This document shows, piece after piece, positions 23,431-34,200 of a DNA stretch of 64,000 nt (the stretch's first letter is position 1; every line of letters starts with the position of its first letter). Source of the DNA: Strigamia acuminata (Eukaryota); NCBI GenBank assembly GCA_949358305.1, contig OX442314.1, forward strand, positions 28,086,001 through 28,150,000, in the 5' to 3' direction. A program made the position numbers and the translations under genes. Under the pieces are notes generated by a model. It did no database searches, was not told the origin of the DNA, and saw nothing but the letters and a program-made list of their open reading frames with translations.

Positions 23431-25311
23431 TAGAGTACATTTTAAAACAGTAGCAGATTTGCATGACGCGGTCAGGGTATTGAACCATTGACCTCGCAGT
23501 TCTTCTGTTCAATCGACTTTTAACCCTGAGAGCATGAACTCTGATGAAAGAACAGGATAACACCCACAGTGCATACCTTTTGTCTTCACCAGATGCTTCA
23601 TTGCCAAATTACTAAAAAAAGCCTTGTAGATCTTTGAAGCACCGTAAAGGCGCCCGAAGGTCCAACACATGGCCGGTGGTTGGACATTCCATCTGAAGGG
23701 GAGCTGGAACCTTTTTGCAAATTACGGTTGACCTAGTTGTAGGCGGCAGTGATTGGTTAAGGTGACCCTGACGTTTGTTTGTTTATAGGAAGTGGAGAAG
23801 TTTTCGAATAATTCCCCACTCCTAGCTTGTGCGTGGTCTTGACCACACTCACAGGATACCACTGACAAGAATCGGAAAAAGAATGGCAAGCACGGAACTT
23901 GATCCGACTTGGGCCAGAGAACTGGCCATTCTGTGCGACGTTTATCCATGCGAGGTGAAGACTCAGGGTGACGTCGTGAGAATCATTAAAAAATGTCAAC
24001 GCGACAGGCGGCAGGCAGTGCTTGGCGCCGCCGCTGCCCGTAGCAGCGCGCGTTGGTCCAACTTTGCAGCGAAGCAGGCGCATAAAGCAGCCGCTCGCGC
24101 TCAGAAGGAAGTTACCGGAATGGTGGAAGCTTGGGCAAGATCCACCGCTTCACTCCGAAACGATTTTTCAAAACGCATCTTTGAGTTGTCCAGGAGAGCG
24201 GCTGTTACTCAAGCCGCTGCTCAGGACGACTCGGATGTCGAAGGTGAGCAGGAAGGAGCGCCAGATTTGATCGCGGGGAACGACGTGGTTGACCCCACCG
24301 AACTCTACAACCGGATCTCGCCCTTCCAAGCTCTAAGAACGACTGAAGCAGACGAAGGCGTCGTAACAGACGGCTCGTCGCCCGGTCAGGTATGTTTCGT
24401 CGGCTTAGCCGTTGGTGCGGTCTGGGATACAGTGAACGTGGCCGGACTGGGAAAGGATCTACCTCTTCCGTTCGTTGACATTCATTTTTCCGACCACAGC
24501 ACGGTGGCTCTCATGGATTCTGGTGCTTCTGGGCAGTATATGAGTAGTGCCGCGGCCGAGGAAGACGGACTAACTGTAGACAGAGAATGCGCAAAATATC
24601 GGTTATCACCGATTGGAAGCGTGTTTGGAGCCGCGCTACACGCGCGGACGGCGGCGATACGATCCGTATCGCTTGCAAACAAAGTGCGCGACGTAAGGTC
24701 GCTTATACGCACTGTGGGCTGCTCTAAAGCAATGAATAGACCCAACACAATGTCAAAAATATATAAAACACTTTATAAAACGAAATATACATTACAAAAC
24801 AGGTGGAAAATATCCAAGGAGCTGGAATCAAAGGATCGCGCCATCTTGGATTTATGGATACAGTGATAATGGCACCCTGGTGCCGGAAATTAACATTAGG
24901 TGTGAACAAATCATTGAATTGGAGAACAAATCATAGTCTAAAAGGTACAGGAGTATGGAATTACATACGGGACAGCGCAAAAAGAATAGTAACATCGAAA
25001 TCAATCAAATAATGACAAGAATACGCTGTATACCTAAACATAATGGGAAATCTAGGAAATAACGAATATATTCATCGATACAAATTGGTCTTTTGACCAA
25101 CAAATCCCCTCTTCGATGGAAATATTTATCAGGGGACAAGATGAACGTAGACTGGAATTACAGTTGATAATTGACGAGAAAAGAAAATAATAAAGTCGAA
25201 TCATCGGGCCGGGTACTGTCGTGGTTATCACTTAACTAAGCTCGGTATTCCCACAGAAACCCGATGATCCTCGAAACTGTGATAAACAAAAATAGGAATG
25301 TCACGGTCTGT

Positions 25312-28300
25312 TCATACTCGGAAGATCCTCGAAATCAATGATCGTAAACGTTCCGAAGATAGCCACTTTGTGAATATGTCGGCGGTATTAACTTCGCCGG
25401 CTACCTTTCGAAGATCGAAGACTCCCGCAGTAAACCACTCCCTGAGCCAGTGAAACTTCACGCGAATATGTTTCGTCTTCGCGTTCTCGATGTCATTGGA
25501 CGTAAATTGAATCGAGGCCAGGGCGTCGGAATACACGATAGGTCGGGATAGACGATTGAGTATCGGGAATTCGGTGTACACGCTGTCGAGCCAGAAAATC
25601 TCCTTCACGCACTCAACCAGGGCGATGAATTCGGCTTCCATGGTTGAGCACGCTACGGTCGACTGTTTACGACAGGACCAGCCAATGGGGACATTTCCAA
25701 CGTATACGATGTATCCGCCGAAGCTCAACGATGTCTCCGGATCGCTTGCCCACGACGCGTCGGTGAATGCAGATAGTTGACTAGAAGAGCAACCGGATAA
25801 TTCGATGCAAAGTTCTGCAGTGTTTGCTACGTACTGCAAAACCTGCAACAAGGCGCGGATGTGGGTTCGATTATAGCACGTGTTGTACTGTGCCAAAGCA
25901 ATGACGGAATAGAGTATGTCGGGACGAGTTCTCGATGCCAAAAACAGAAGTGAACCGATTAGAGATCGGTATGGAAAATCTTCCAAGTTTTCGGTCGATC
26001 CTCTAACGAGTGTCGTTCCCGGTGTCACTGGTGTCTTGACGAGATTATTGGTCGACGCCCCGAATTTCTTAACCAGTTTGGCGATATAAGCACGTTGCGT
26101 TATGAACGTGCGTCCAGCGTCGCGGATAAACTCGACGCCTAATAACTTCGTGATCGGTCCGAGGTTGACTATATCGAATTTCGAAGAGATGAGACGGATT
26201 AGCTGTTTGAAAACGCTGTCGGACGCGTAAAACACGACGATGTCGTCCACGTAGACCAGCATAACAGCTGTATTCCCGAACACGTAAACACAATTACATG
26301 CTGGCAGTCTTCGAAATCCGAGGGCCCGAAGCGTCTCGTCGAGTTTCTCGAACCATTGTCTCCCGGATTGGTGGAGGCCGTAAAGTGATTTGAGAAGAAG
26401 CCACACATTGTTTGGATCGGTGCATGTGGCACCTGCAGGGATTCTCATGTATACGTTATGCTTTAATTCCCCGTACAGGTACGCACCTTTCACGTCGAGG
26501 TGGGCGTCCTGCCAACCACGCAATACGACGAGAAGACAGAAAAACAGACGGATCAATATGAAGTTCACGACTGGGCTAAACACCTCATCAAAATCGACTC
26601 CGAGGGTTTGATAAAAACCTTGTGCTACTAAGCGTGCTCGGTATCGGGTGACGGTTCCGGCTGCATCAGTTTTGAGTTTAAAAATCCACTTGCAGCCAAG
26701 AATAGTGGTGTCGGGTGGTCGGGGAACTTCTTTATAGATTTCTCGCTCTTTAAACATATCGAGCTCCTCTCCAATCGCTTCACGCCATTTCGGAGCGTCG
26801 TTAAACTTGGGAATTTCGGCGAATGAAGCCGGCTCGGTTCGGCATAGATGAGCCGCATGACGAACACCCGGAAGAGTTGGTAACTTATGTTCGAGATTAC
26901 CGAAGAAAAACAGTTCGGGGTCGTAATCAATATTGTTCAACATACAATACTCCTCGATGTCGTGATAAGATCTTAGACGGATCTTCGGAGTTGGAAAATA
27001 ATAGACATCGATTAAAATCTTCCCGGGCTTTTGATCCTTTCTCAGGTGTTCCTCGCGTACCCATTCACGGCACTCGCCATCTCCACCGACGAATCGCCAC
27101 TTATGAGTAGTGTGGCGCGCAGTCGCTGGTGAATTGGGATCGGGGTCGAAAATTTGCAGCCCTTGCGCAGCTTGATCATCAACACGTTGCTGACGACGTG
27201 TCGTGATAAATCTCGGCGTCGGTACCGGTGTTTCACGGGGAAGAGAAGGCGCTGCCGATCGCTGAGGTGATGGCGGAGCGGATGTACGAGGAGTCGTCGG
27301 AGGCGATGGTCGTGCCGATTGTTCCGCTGACGCATCAACGTGTTCGGATGTTTCAGGATAAATCGACAATTCGTCCATCTCTCGGATGTCATGGTCGGTG
27401 TCGCGTTCTTCTTCGTACGAAATGTGATGGGATTGACGAAGAGACGCAGAACCTGGAGGTAATGTCGCACATAAATCCAGCAATGCCCGTTCCGGAGTTG
27501 TCGGTGGTGGTATGTGGATGTGCGGAAAAGCCAGAGGCGTGTGCATCGAAGCGGATGCCGTCGACACACGTTCGGAATCGTTCGCAGAATGTTCTGACGC
27601 CTCGGAATCAGATCCCTTCGGCCACTGATGGTAATGTAGGGTATCATCAAATGTAACGGTTTGTTGTCCGGGACCAGTAAATGACTGTTGTGGCTGCTGC
27701 GTCGAAATTTTGATGGATTTCCGATACGACTGCCGCTCATCGATCTTAACGTGAATAGATTCGTAAACCTTGTTGTCGGTTGGGTTCCAAATCCTGTATC
27801 CACGGGTCCCTGTGGCGTAGCCGACTAAATATCCCTCCCAGGCCCGCGGATCCAGCTTCTTGCGGCCTGGTGCGGTGTAGTGCACCCAGCACTTGGAACC
27901 GACTTTTCGTAAATGTCGTAACGAAAGGGCTCTCTGTCGCCACAGGATGTACGGGACCTGATTATTAAGTCGAGAATGAGGGCTCCGATTCTTGATGTAG
28001 GCAAACGTGACTGAGAGCTCGGCCCAGAGCGCCTCCGGCAACTTGGTTTCGGATAAGACTGCCCGAAAGTTGTCAGCCATTGTCCGGTTTATGCGCTCGG
28101 CCGTGCCGTTCATCTGTGGTGATGACGGATTTGTTCGCTGACCCTGGATGCCCTTGTCTTGTAGATATCGGAGAAACTCGTTTGACATAAATTCTCCGCC
28201 TCGATCAGTCCGAATTGCTTTTATTTGCGTGTCCTGGATTCTCTCAACTCGAGCGACGAAGTCCTTAAAGGTTGAGAAAACCTGCGATTTCTGGGCTAGC

Positions 28301-30333
28301 GGTATAATCCAGCAATAGCGTGTCGCGTCGTCAATGACGGTAAGGACGAAGCGCGCTCCTCCAAATGATGGGACAGGGGCTGGCCCCCAAATATCCATGT
28401 GGAGAAGGTCCAAAGGCTTCGTAGTCGAGGGATTCGGATCAGGCTTATGAGAAGCTTTTGTCGATTTGGCTATTCTGCAGTCGTTGCAGGCCAATTCCCT
28501 GCTCACTTCCCCTGGTGACATTCCGTAAACTTGGTCGTTTGCGGCCAACAGCTTCATTCCATTCGTATGAAGGTGGCCAAGACGGCTATGCCATAAGCCG
28601 GTGGCGTCCTTGACGGAAGCTGGATTGGCGATGACCTTCTTTCTCGGTTGAGACGGATTGCCGAGGGGTGGAAAGGAATTTGCGTTGTGAATCGCAGGAG
28701 GAATTAGGGCTGGAACGGTTGTCGGGATCGACTGCAAAGCACTCGCATAGGAAGGAGGAACGGTCAGGTCATTGTGGATTTGCGTGGGGATAGGAGGAGG
28801 TATCGGATTGGTCGGAATAGGAGCTTGTTGGTTCAGAATTTGCTTCGAAGTCTCAACAATCGGCATTTCTATTCGAAAATCCGTGATCTCTCGCTGTTGG
28901 CCCTTTCCCCTTTTCGGTTTGGGGATTTTAATGAAATCCTCCTCGGTCGTTACGTACATTTGCGCAGGTGGCGATGGAGTCGTCGGTTGTACGGTGGGAG
29001 AAACCGTCGTCGCAAATGTCGGTGTAGTACACAAACCGTCCACATAATATAACCCGCCCCTCTCCTTTGCACGGATGAGTGGGCTGCGAATGTCCGATTG
29101 ATAAACATGTATCTCACTGTTGAAAATGTGGATGTGATGTCGTGCCTTGTCTATCTTCGAGACCGAAATCAAGTTTGCCTCGAAATTCGGCGCGTAAAGG
29201 ACATTGGTCAAATTCACGGTGCATCGGGTCTTATCGATCGCCAGAAGAAGTCGAACTGTTCCTTTGCCCGTGACTTGGGACTTTCCCTGTCCCAACTCGA
29301 TGTCGAATGGAATGACATCGGTAAACTCAGTGAAACCTGCACGCACGTGAGAAACGTGATCTGTAGCGCCGCAATCCAGAATCCACTCATTGGATTGCAT
29401 AAAATGAGCGACTGGACGTTGGATAAGCTGCGGCGCATTGACGAAAAATGTCCCCTCTCGGTGTGGATGCGAGCTTTCTCGGGGACGCGCGTTGTTGGCC
29501 TTCGCGGCAGCGTTCTTGTTGCGCCTGCGACTCTTGCTGCGTGACGATCGGTGCTGCAGTGAAGCCGCTGGTTGACCCTGTTGTTGACGGGGCGGACGTG
29601 GACATCGGTTCGCGTAATGTCCGAGCTGATCACAATTGAAACATTTCACCGTCGAAATATCGCGAGGTCCGGATTTATTTCGGGGTCGGAATTGTCCTTT
29701 CATAGACGCGTGAGCTGATGATTGGCTCGTTCCGAGTAACCCGATGGATTTGAGCCGCATGTGCTCGGAAATCAATTGTTCGGCGACATCCTTCGGCGTA
29801 AACTGAGGGTCTGGCCAATGGTATATTGCGAAGGTCGCCTGAGCATATTCGGGCGGCAGACACTTCAGATACTGGTACGCGTGGTGAACCGGGCTAATAA
29901 TCTCGTTGACATCGCTTAGTTGCCGCACGTAATTATCGACGCGGGCAATGAAGTCCGGCATATCTTCGCCAGGTTGGAGTTGGAGGCTGAGAAACTCCCA
30001 GCGCATCGCCGCTTGACGGGCTCTAGAGCTGGGCGCGTAGGTTTTCGCCAACTTGTCCCACGCCTCCTTTGGCGTGTTACAGGTTTCCAAAACAGTACGC
30101 TTGGCGGGGCTCACATGGATGTAGATGTGCCCTAACGCTTTATCTTTCTTGATCATGAATCTGTCCAATTCCTTGGGCGTTAACGTGGCAATATGTTCCG
30201 CTTCCTTGTCCTCCGTCACGTGCCTCCAGAGCCCTTCCGATTTCAAAAGAAATTGCATCGACAATCGCCATTGTTCATAATTGTCGACACCGAGAACCGG
30301 AATTAAGCTGTTCGAGTTGGCCGCTTTCTGCAT
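25312..30333 (-). CDS. Copia B gag-pol polyprotein, 1673 aa (Gag-CCHC, PR, INT, MBD, RT, RNaseH)
   Basis: Uninterrupted ORF with all catalytic motifs; MBD WVREEHLRKDQKPGKILIDVYYFPTPKIRLRSYHDIEEYC at about 26900-27080. Confidence 0.96.
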   Translation of the reverse strand: MQKAANSNSLIPVLGVDNYEQWRLSMQFLLKSEGLWRHVTEDKEAEHIATLTPKELDRFMIKKDKALGHIYIHVSPAKRTVLETCNTPKEAWDKLAKTYAPSSRARQAAMRWEFLSLQLQPGEDMPDFIARVDNYVRQLSDVNEIISPVHHAYQYLKCLPPEYAQATFAIYHWPDPQFTPKDVAEQLISEHMRLKSIGLLGTSQSSAHASMKGQFRPRNKSGPRDISTVKCFNCDQLGHYANRCPRPPRQQQGQPAASLQHRSSRSKSRRRNKNAAAKANNARPRESSHPHREGTFFVNAPQLIQRPVAHFMQSNEWILDCGATDHVSHVRAGFTEFTDVIPFDIELGQGKSQVTGKGTVRLLLAIDKTRCTVNLTNVLYAPNFEANLISVSKIDKARHHIHIFNSEIHVYQSDIRSPLIRAKERGGLYYVDGLCTTPTFATTVSPTVQPTTPSPPAQMYVTTEEDFIKIPKPKRGKGQQREITDFRIEMPIVETSKQILNQQAPIPTNPIPPPIPTQIHNDLTVPPSYASALQSIPTTVPALIPPAIHNANSFPPLGNPSQPRKKVIANPASVKDATGLWHSRLGHLHTNGMKLLAANDQVYGMSPGEVSRELACNDCRIAKSTKASHKPDPNPSTTKPLDLLHMDIWGPAPVPSFGGARFVLTVIDDATRYCWIIPLAQKSQVFSTFKDFVARVERIQDTQIKAIRTDRGGEFMSNEFLRYLQDKGIQGQRTNPSSPQMNGTAERINRTMADNFRAVLSETKLPEALWAELSVTFAYIKNRSPHSRLNNQVPYILWRQRALSLRHLRKVGSKCWVHYTAPGRKKLDPRAWEGYLVGYATGTRGYRIWNPTDNKVYESIHVKIDERQSYRKSIKISTQQPQQSFTGPGQQTVTFDDTLHYHQWPKGSDSEASEHSANDSERVSTASASMHTPLAFPHIHIPPPTTPERALLDLCATLPPGSASLRQSHHISYEEERDTDHDIREMDELSIYPETSEHVDASAEQSARPSPPTTPRTSAPPSPQRSAAPSLPRETPVPTPRFITTRRQQRVDDQAAQGLQIFDPDPNSPATARHTTHKWRFVGGDGECREWVREEHLRKDQKPGKILIDVYYFPTPKIRLRSYHDIEEYCMLNNIDYDPELFFFGNLEHKLPTLPGVRHAAHLCRTEPASFAEIPKFNDAPKWREAIGEELDMFKEREIYKEVPRPPDTTILGCKWIFKLKTDAAGTVTRYRARLVAQGFYQTLGVDFDEVFSPVVNFILIRLFFCLLVVLRGWQDAHLDVKGAYLYGELKHNVYMRIPAGATCTDPNNVWLLLKSLYGLHQSGRQWFEKLDETLRALGFRRLPACNCVYVFGNTAVMLVYVDDIVVFYASDSVFKQLIRLISSKFDIVNLGPITKLLGVEFIRDAGRTFITQRAYIAKLVKKFGASTNNLVKTPVTPGTTLVRGSTENLEDFPYRSLIGSLLFLASRTRPDILYSVIALAQYNTCYNRTHIRALLQVLQYVANTAELCIELSGCSSSQLSAFTDASWASDPETSLSFGGYIVYVGNVPIGWSCRKQSTVACSTMEAEFIALVECVKEIFWLDSVYTEFPILNRLSRPIVYSDALASIQFTSNDIENAKTKHIRVKFHWLREWFTAGVFDLRKVAGEVNTADIFTKWLSSERLRSLISRIFRV

Positions 30334-31214
30334 CGTAGATCGATTCGCGAAGAGCGTAACACAACGCGAAAATCACACAGGCTCAGAGAGAGGCACTGAA
30401 ATGTCGCACGAGATTGGAGCACTTTTCACAATTCGGAGCACTTCACTGCACGATTCCCTCGGTGTTCGATGCGAAAAACCACAAATTGGGCAATTCCTTC
30501 TGAAGGAATCAAATAACCTCCGGTTGCCAGTCTGAGAGGGTCCGATCGGCTTCCTGGAGCCGCGGGAAACCTCACTTGTACCACGACAAGCACAACCGGA
30601 GAATACGTGTAAGCTTGACCGGACTCGATCCAAGGGCAAACACGATTCTAAAGGAACCCCCAAAAGCCTTAATAATATCTTAAAATTAACAATAGTATTT
30701 CGACAGAAGGAGAAATAGGTGAATCGATCGCGGTTGCGATCCTCGTGCAAATGAAGGCACGGCGCAGTTTTCTCGAAAAACTGGAAAAAGCGCAAATTCG
30801 GATTGAAAAATCCGAATTTCTTCTCGATAAATCGAGGCTCTTCGTCCGGAAAATAATAGATCGACGATACTGTGCATACGCCGGGGTATACACAGCGGAA
30901 TTCGATCCGTTTCTCGTTGAAAAGTGTCACTTCGACACTGGCGAAAGGAAAATCGACAAATAATCTGAAAATATAAAATATTTCTCTCGAAATTCGCGAA
31001 TCCCGCGTAATTTCGGAGAAAATTAGACAAATAATGGTGTGATTGACGACCCTGGTCGTCTGTGAACGTCGGTAAAACGTCGGCGTCGCAGGCGAGACGA
31101 AAATCGAGACAAAATGGCCGCCGAAAATCTGAAAATAAAAATATCGGCGCAAATTCGCGAATTTTGCGAAAAAGCGTCGAAAAATTAGGTAAATAGAACG
31201 GTTGTTCACTGAAC

Positions 31215-31232
31215 AACCATCCTCTGCTACCA
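31215..31232 (-). promoter_or_regulatory. Primer-binding site complementary to the 3' end of initiator tRNA-Met
   Basis: TGGTAGCAGAGGATGGTT next to the 5' LTR; same PBS type at 36984 (C), 48283 (D) and 51891 (E). Confidence 0.9.
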
Positions 31233-34200
31233 ATGTAGACAGAGAATGCGCAAAATATCGGTTATCACCGATTGGAAGCGTGTTTGGAGCCGCGCTACAC
31301 GCGCGGACGGCGGCGATACGATCCGTATCGCTTGCAAACAAAGTGCGCGACGTAAGGTCGCTTATACGCACTGTGGGCTGCTCTAAAGCAATGAATAGAC
31401 CCAACACAATGTCAAAAATATATAAAACACTTTATAAAACGAAATATACATTACAAAACAGGTGGAAAATATCCAAGGAGCTGGAATCAAAGGATCGCGC
31501 CATCTTGGATTTATGGATACAGTGATAATGGCACCCTGGTGCCGGAAATTAACATTAGGTGTGAACAAATCATTGAATTGGAGAACAAATCATAGTCTAA
31601 AAGGTACAGGAGTATGGAATTACATACGGGACAGCGCAAAAAGAATAGTAACATCGAAATCAATCAAATAATGACAAGAATACGCTGTATACCTAAACAT
31701 AATGGGAAATCTAGGAAATAACGAATATATTCATCGATACAAATTGGTCTTTTGACCAACACTAACAGCCTCGATTGAACCCTGCGATGATTTTGTTAGG
31801 GTTATGACGGGCGGTAGAGTCACCAGTCCCGTTGGGACGGTGAACGTGCATGTCAGCTGGCAGACGGGAGCTGGTTGGTTACGGTTTGCAGTGCTACCTT
31901 CCGCGTCTAACTTCATCCTTCTCGGGTGCAGTTGGCTCGGTGAGAATGGCATTGTGATTCGCATCGCCCGGAATGATTGGTATCATATCGACAATCCGGG
32001 AGTGACGTTTCCTTTCGCCCCTCAGCGTGATCAGTTGGACGGAAAAGGCGCGGATGTTGACAAGTGGGCAAGGGTCACGCTGGAACACGGCGTTGATGCG
32101 GCCGCACTGTCGATGTCATCCAATCAATTAGATCTATTGGAAGCCTGTAAAATAGAAGACATGCGGAAAGTGAGACTGACTCGTATTCTTGACGAGTTTG
32201 GCTTGTCTGGAGGGGAGTATATTTTTTTCGACGTTAGATCTGGCGATGGGGTGTTTCCAATTACGGATTGCGCCGCTCGACAGACCTAAAACAGCATTCT
32301 ATACACCCCTTGGTACTTTTCAATTCGTGAAGTTACCTTACGGTTTGTTGAATACTCCTATGGCGTTTCAACGACTGATGGACAAAGTACTCGGCGAGGC
32401 GAAGTTTAAGTGGGCATTGCCCTACCTGAACTCGATCGTCGTGTTCAGCAAAACATTCGAAGAACATTTAACGCACTTGTCAGATGTGCTAGGCAGGTTG
32501 AGCAAGCATTGTTTGACCGCCAGCCCGTCTGGTTCGTGTATTTTATCAACCTCTTGGGATTTTCTGGGCTATTCGATGACTCGGTACGGGTTCCGGCCGA
32601 ACGAACGCCGCGTTCAGGCGATTGTGGATTACCCACAACCGAGGAATGTCGCTCAGCTGCGACGTTTCCTTGGCATGTTCGGCGGGGACACACCGGCGAT
32701 CGAAGGTCTGGAACATCTCTCGAATCCACTGGAAGCGCTGCTTAATGACGGCGTTGCGTGGAATTGGTCTACAGAGTGTCAGGGAGTGTTCCAGCTCTTC
32801 AAGGATCATCTTGCGCGTGGGAGCGTGCTTCCTATGCCTGAGTTCAACAGAACTTTTGTCACCCAGGCTGCCGCAAGTAGAGTTGGGCTCGGAGCAGTCC
32901 TCAAACAGATGGATCATCAAGGAGTCAAAAGGCCCGTTGCCTATGCGAGTCGTGCGCTGCAAGGCGCCGAGACAGCGTTCAGCTTATCAGAGTTGGAATG
33001 TCTGGCGGTTCTGCAGGCAGTCGCTTCCTTTCGACCATTCATCGCGTACTCGAAGTTCGTCATCGAAACAGGTTGTATGGCGTTGCTCTGGCTTTTATCA
33101 TCGACGAGCGCGTCAGGTCGCCTGGTGCGGTGGGCGATGCAACTGCAACAGGTGAGATTTTCGCTTAAGTTTAACAAGCGTGCGGACGACAGGATCGCGG
33201 TCGCTCTTTCGAAGGTAGGCCTAGATGACGTAGAAACGACATCGGCGGCCACACCCGAGGAAGAAGCTGCGATCATGTTTGCTCACGCGCTCGTTACGGA
33301 GAGCCTCGCTGGTACGATCATGTCTTTCGACGAGGTTAGACAGATCCAGCGGGATGACCCGGACTGTAGCGCTGTCATGAAATGGTTAGATGAAGGGCAA
33401 AGAGACGACCATCTTTTGTCTCAACTCCCACCATCCATGGCGCAGTACAAACCAGATTTCGTGTTCGGTGGGTACGGAGAGTTGTGCGTCAATACCCCGT
33501 TCTCACCCAACACGCGGCTAAGCAGAGCGGAGCACGGCTCGGACGTAAAAATCTTGATGCCTGCACCACTGCTTGATCGCTGCTTTGACGTCATTCGACT
33601 GCATCCTCGCTATGCGCAGGATAACGCAGCCGACATGGTGAAAAGGTTGCGGCGAATATTTTTCTGGCCAGGAACGTAGTTTTCCTTGTTCCGGTCGAAT
33701 TCAAAACTGATGAAACGTTTATCAGGCGTAGACACGACGATGCTCTCGTTACTGCCACGCCGACGAACATAATTTCGGAGTAATAAATTGCCCTGGAACG
33801 GTGACTAATTTGTAATGGTTGTATGTTTTTTTTTAAATTACACTCACCCATGTTCAAACACGCCACCTGTTGCTCGGCGAAACCGGTGTGTCAATCGGGA
33901 GGTCCGTGACTAGTCGCAGTGGCCGCCGATCGATCGGTACCAGTCACAAGCATGTGATGCTGCCAAAGTAGGTAGAAAAAATTGCTAAAATTGGTCGGAA
34001 AAGTTGATTTAATTACCGACTTCCCGAGGCCAGTTTCAGCAGTCACGTGCAATCTTCACCGATGAGCTCGCGACGCTCTTATGACGTCACGAATATCATG
34101 GCAGATTGTAGCCATGGCGACGGTCTTGACAACACAGCCGCGATTTTGGAGCGTGTTTTCGTTCACTGCCCGGAAATCGTGGGAATTTTTTCGCTAAAAA

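Larger units (their letters stand above)
24575..31761 (-). mobile_element. Copia B: full-length, apparently intact CopiaMBD element
   Basis: 528-bp LTRs 24575-25102 and 31234-31761 (no differences seen by eye); TSD CTAAC (24570-24574, 31762-31766); PBS; PPT GAAGAGGGG; single ORF. Confidence 0.97.
23883..33679 (+). pseudogene. Degenerate Ty3/gypsy gag-PR-RT-RNaseH, split by Copia B (23883-24574 joined to 31767-33679)
   Basis: Protease ALMDSGAS continues in frame across the CTAAC TSD into ASIEPCDD...FILLGCSWL; RT FSTLDL...KTAFYTP.G.FQFVKLPYGL; RNaseH GLGAVL...PVAYASR...ELECLA...GRLVRW; RT N-terminus deleted with a frameshift near 32200. Confidence 0.85.

Noticed and set aside
27042..27803. Alternative-frame and antisense ORFs inside the Copia polyproteins
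   Set aside because: Not conserved between elements; expected by-products of GC-rich coding sequence
30373..31407. Long ORFs over LTRs and leaders (also 48360-48986, 51890-52690, 63303-63824)
   Set aside because: Stop-poor CpG/T-rich leaders, non-ATG starts, and no convincing conserved reading frame between elements
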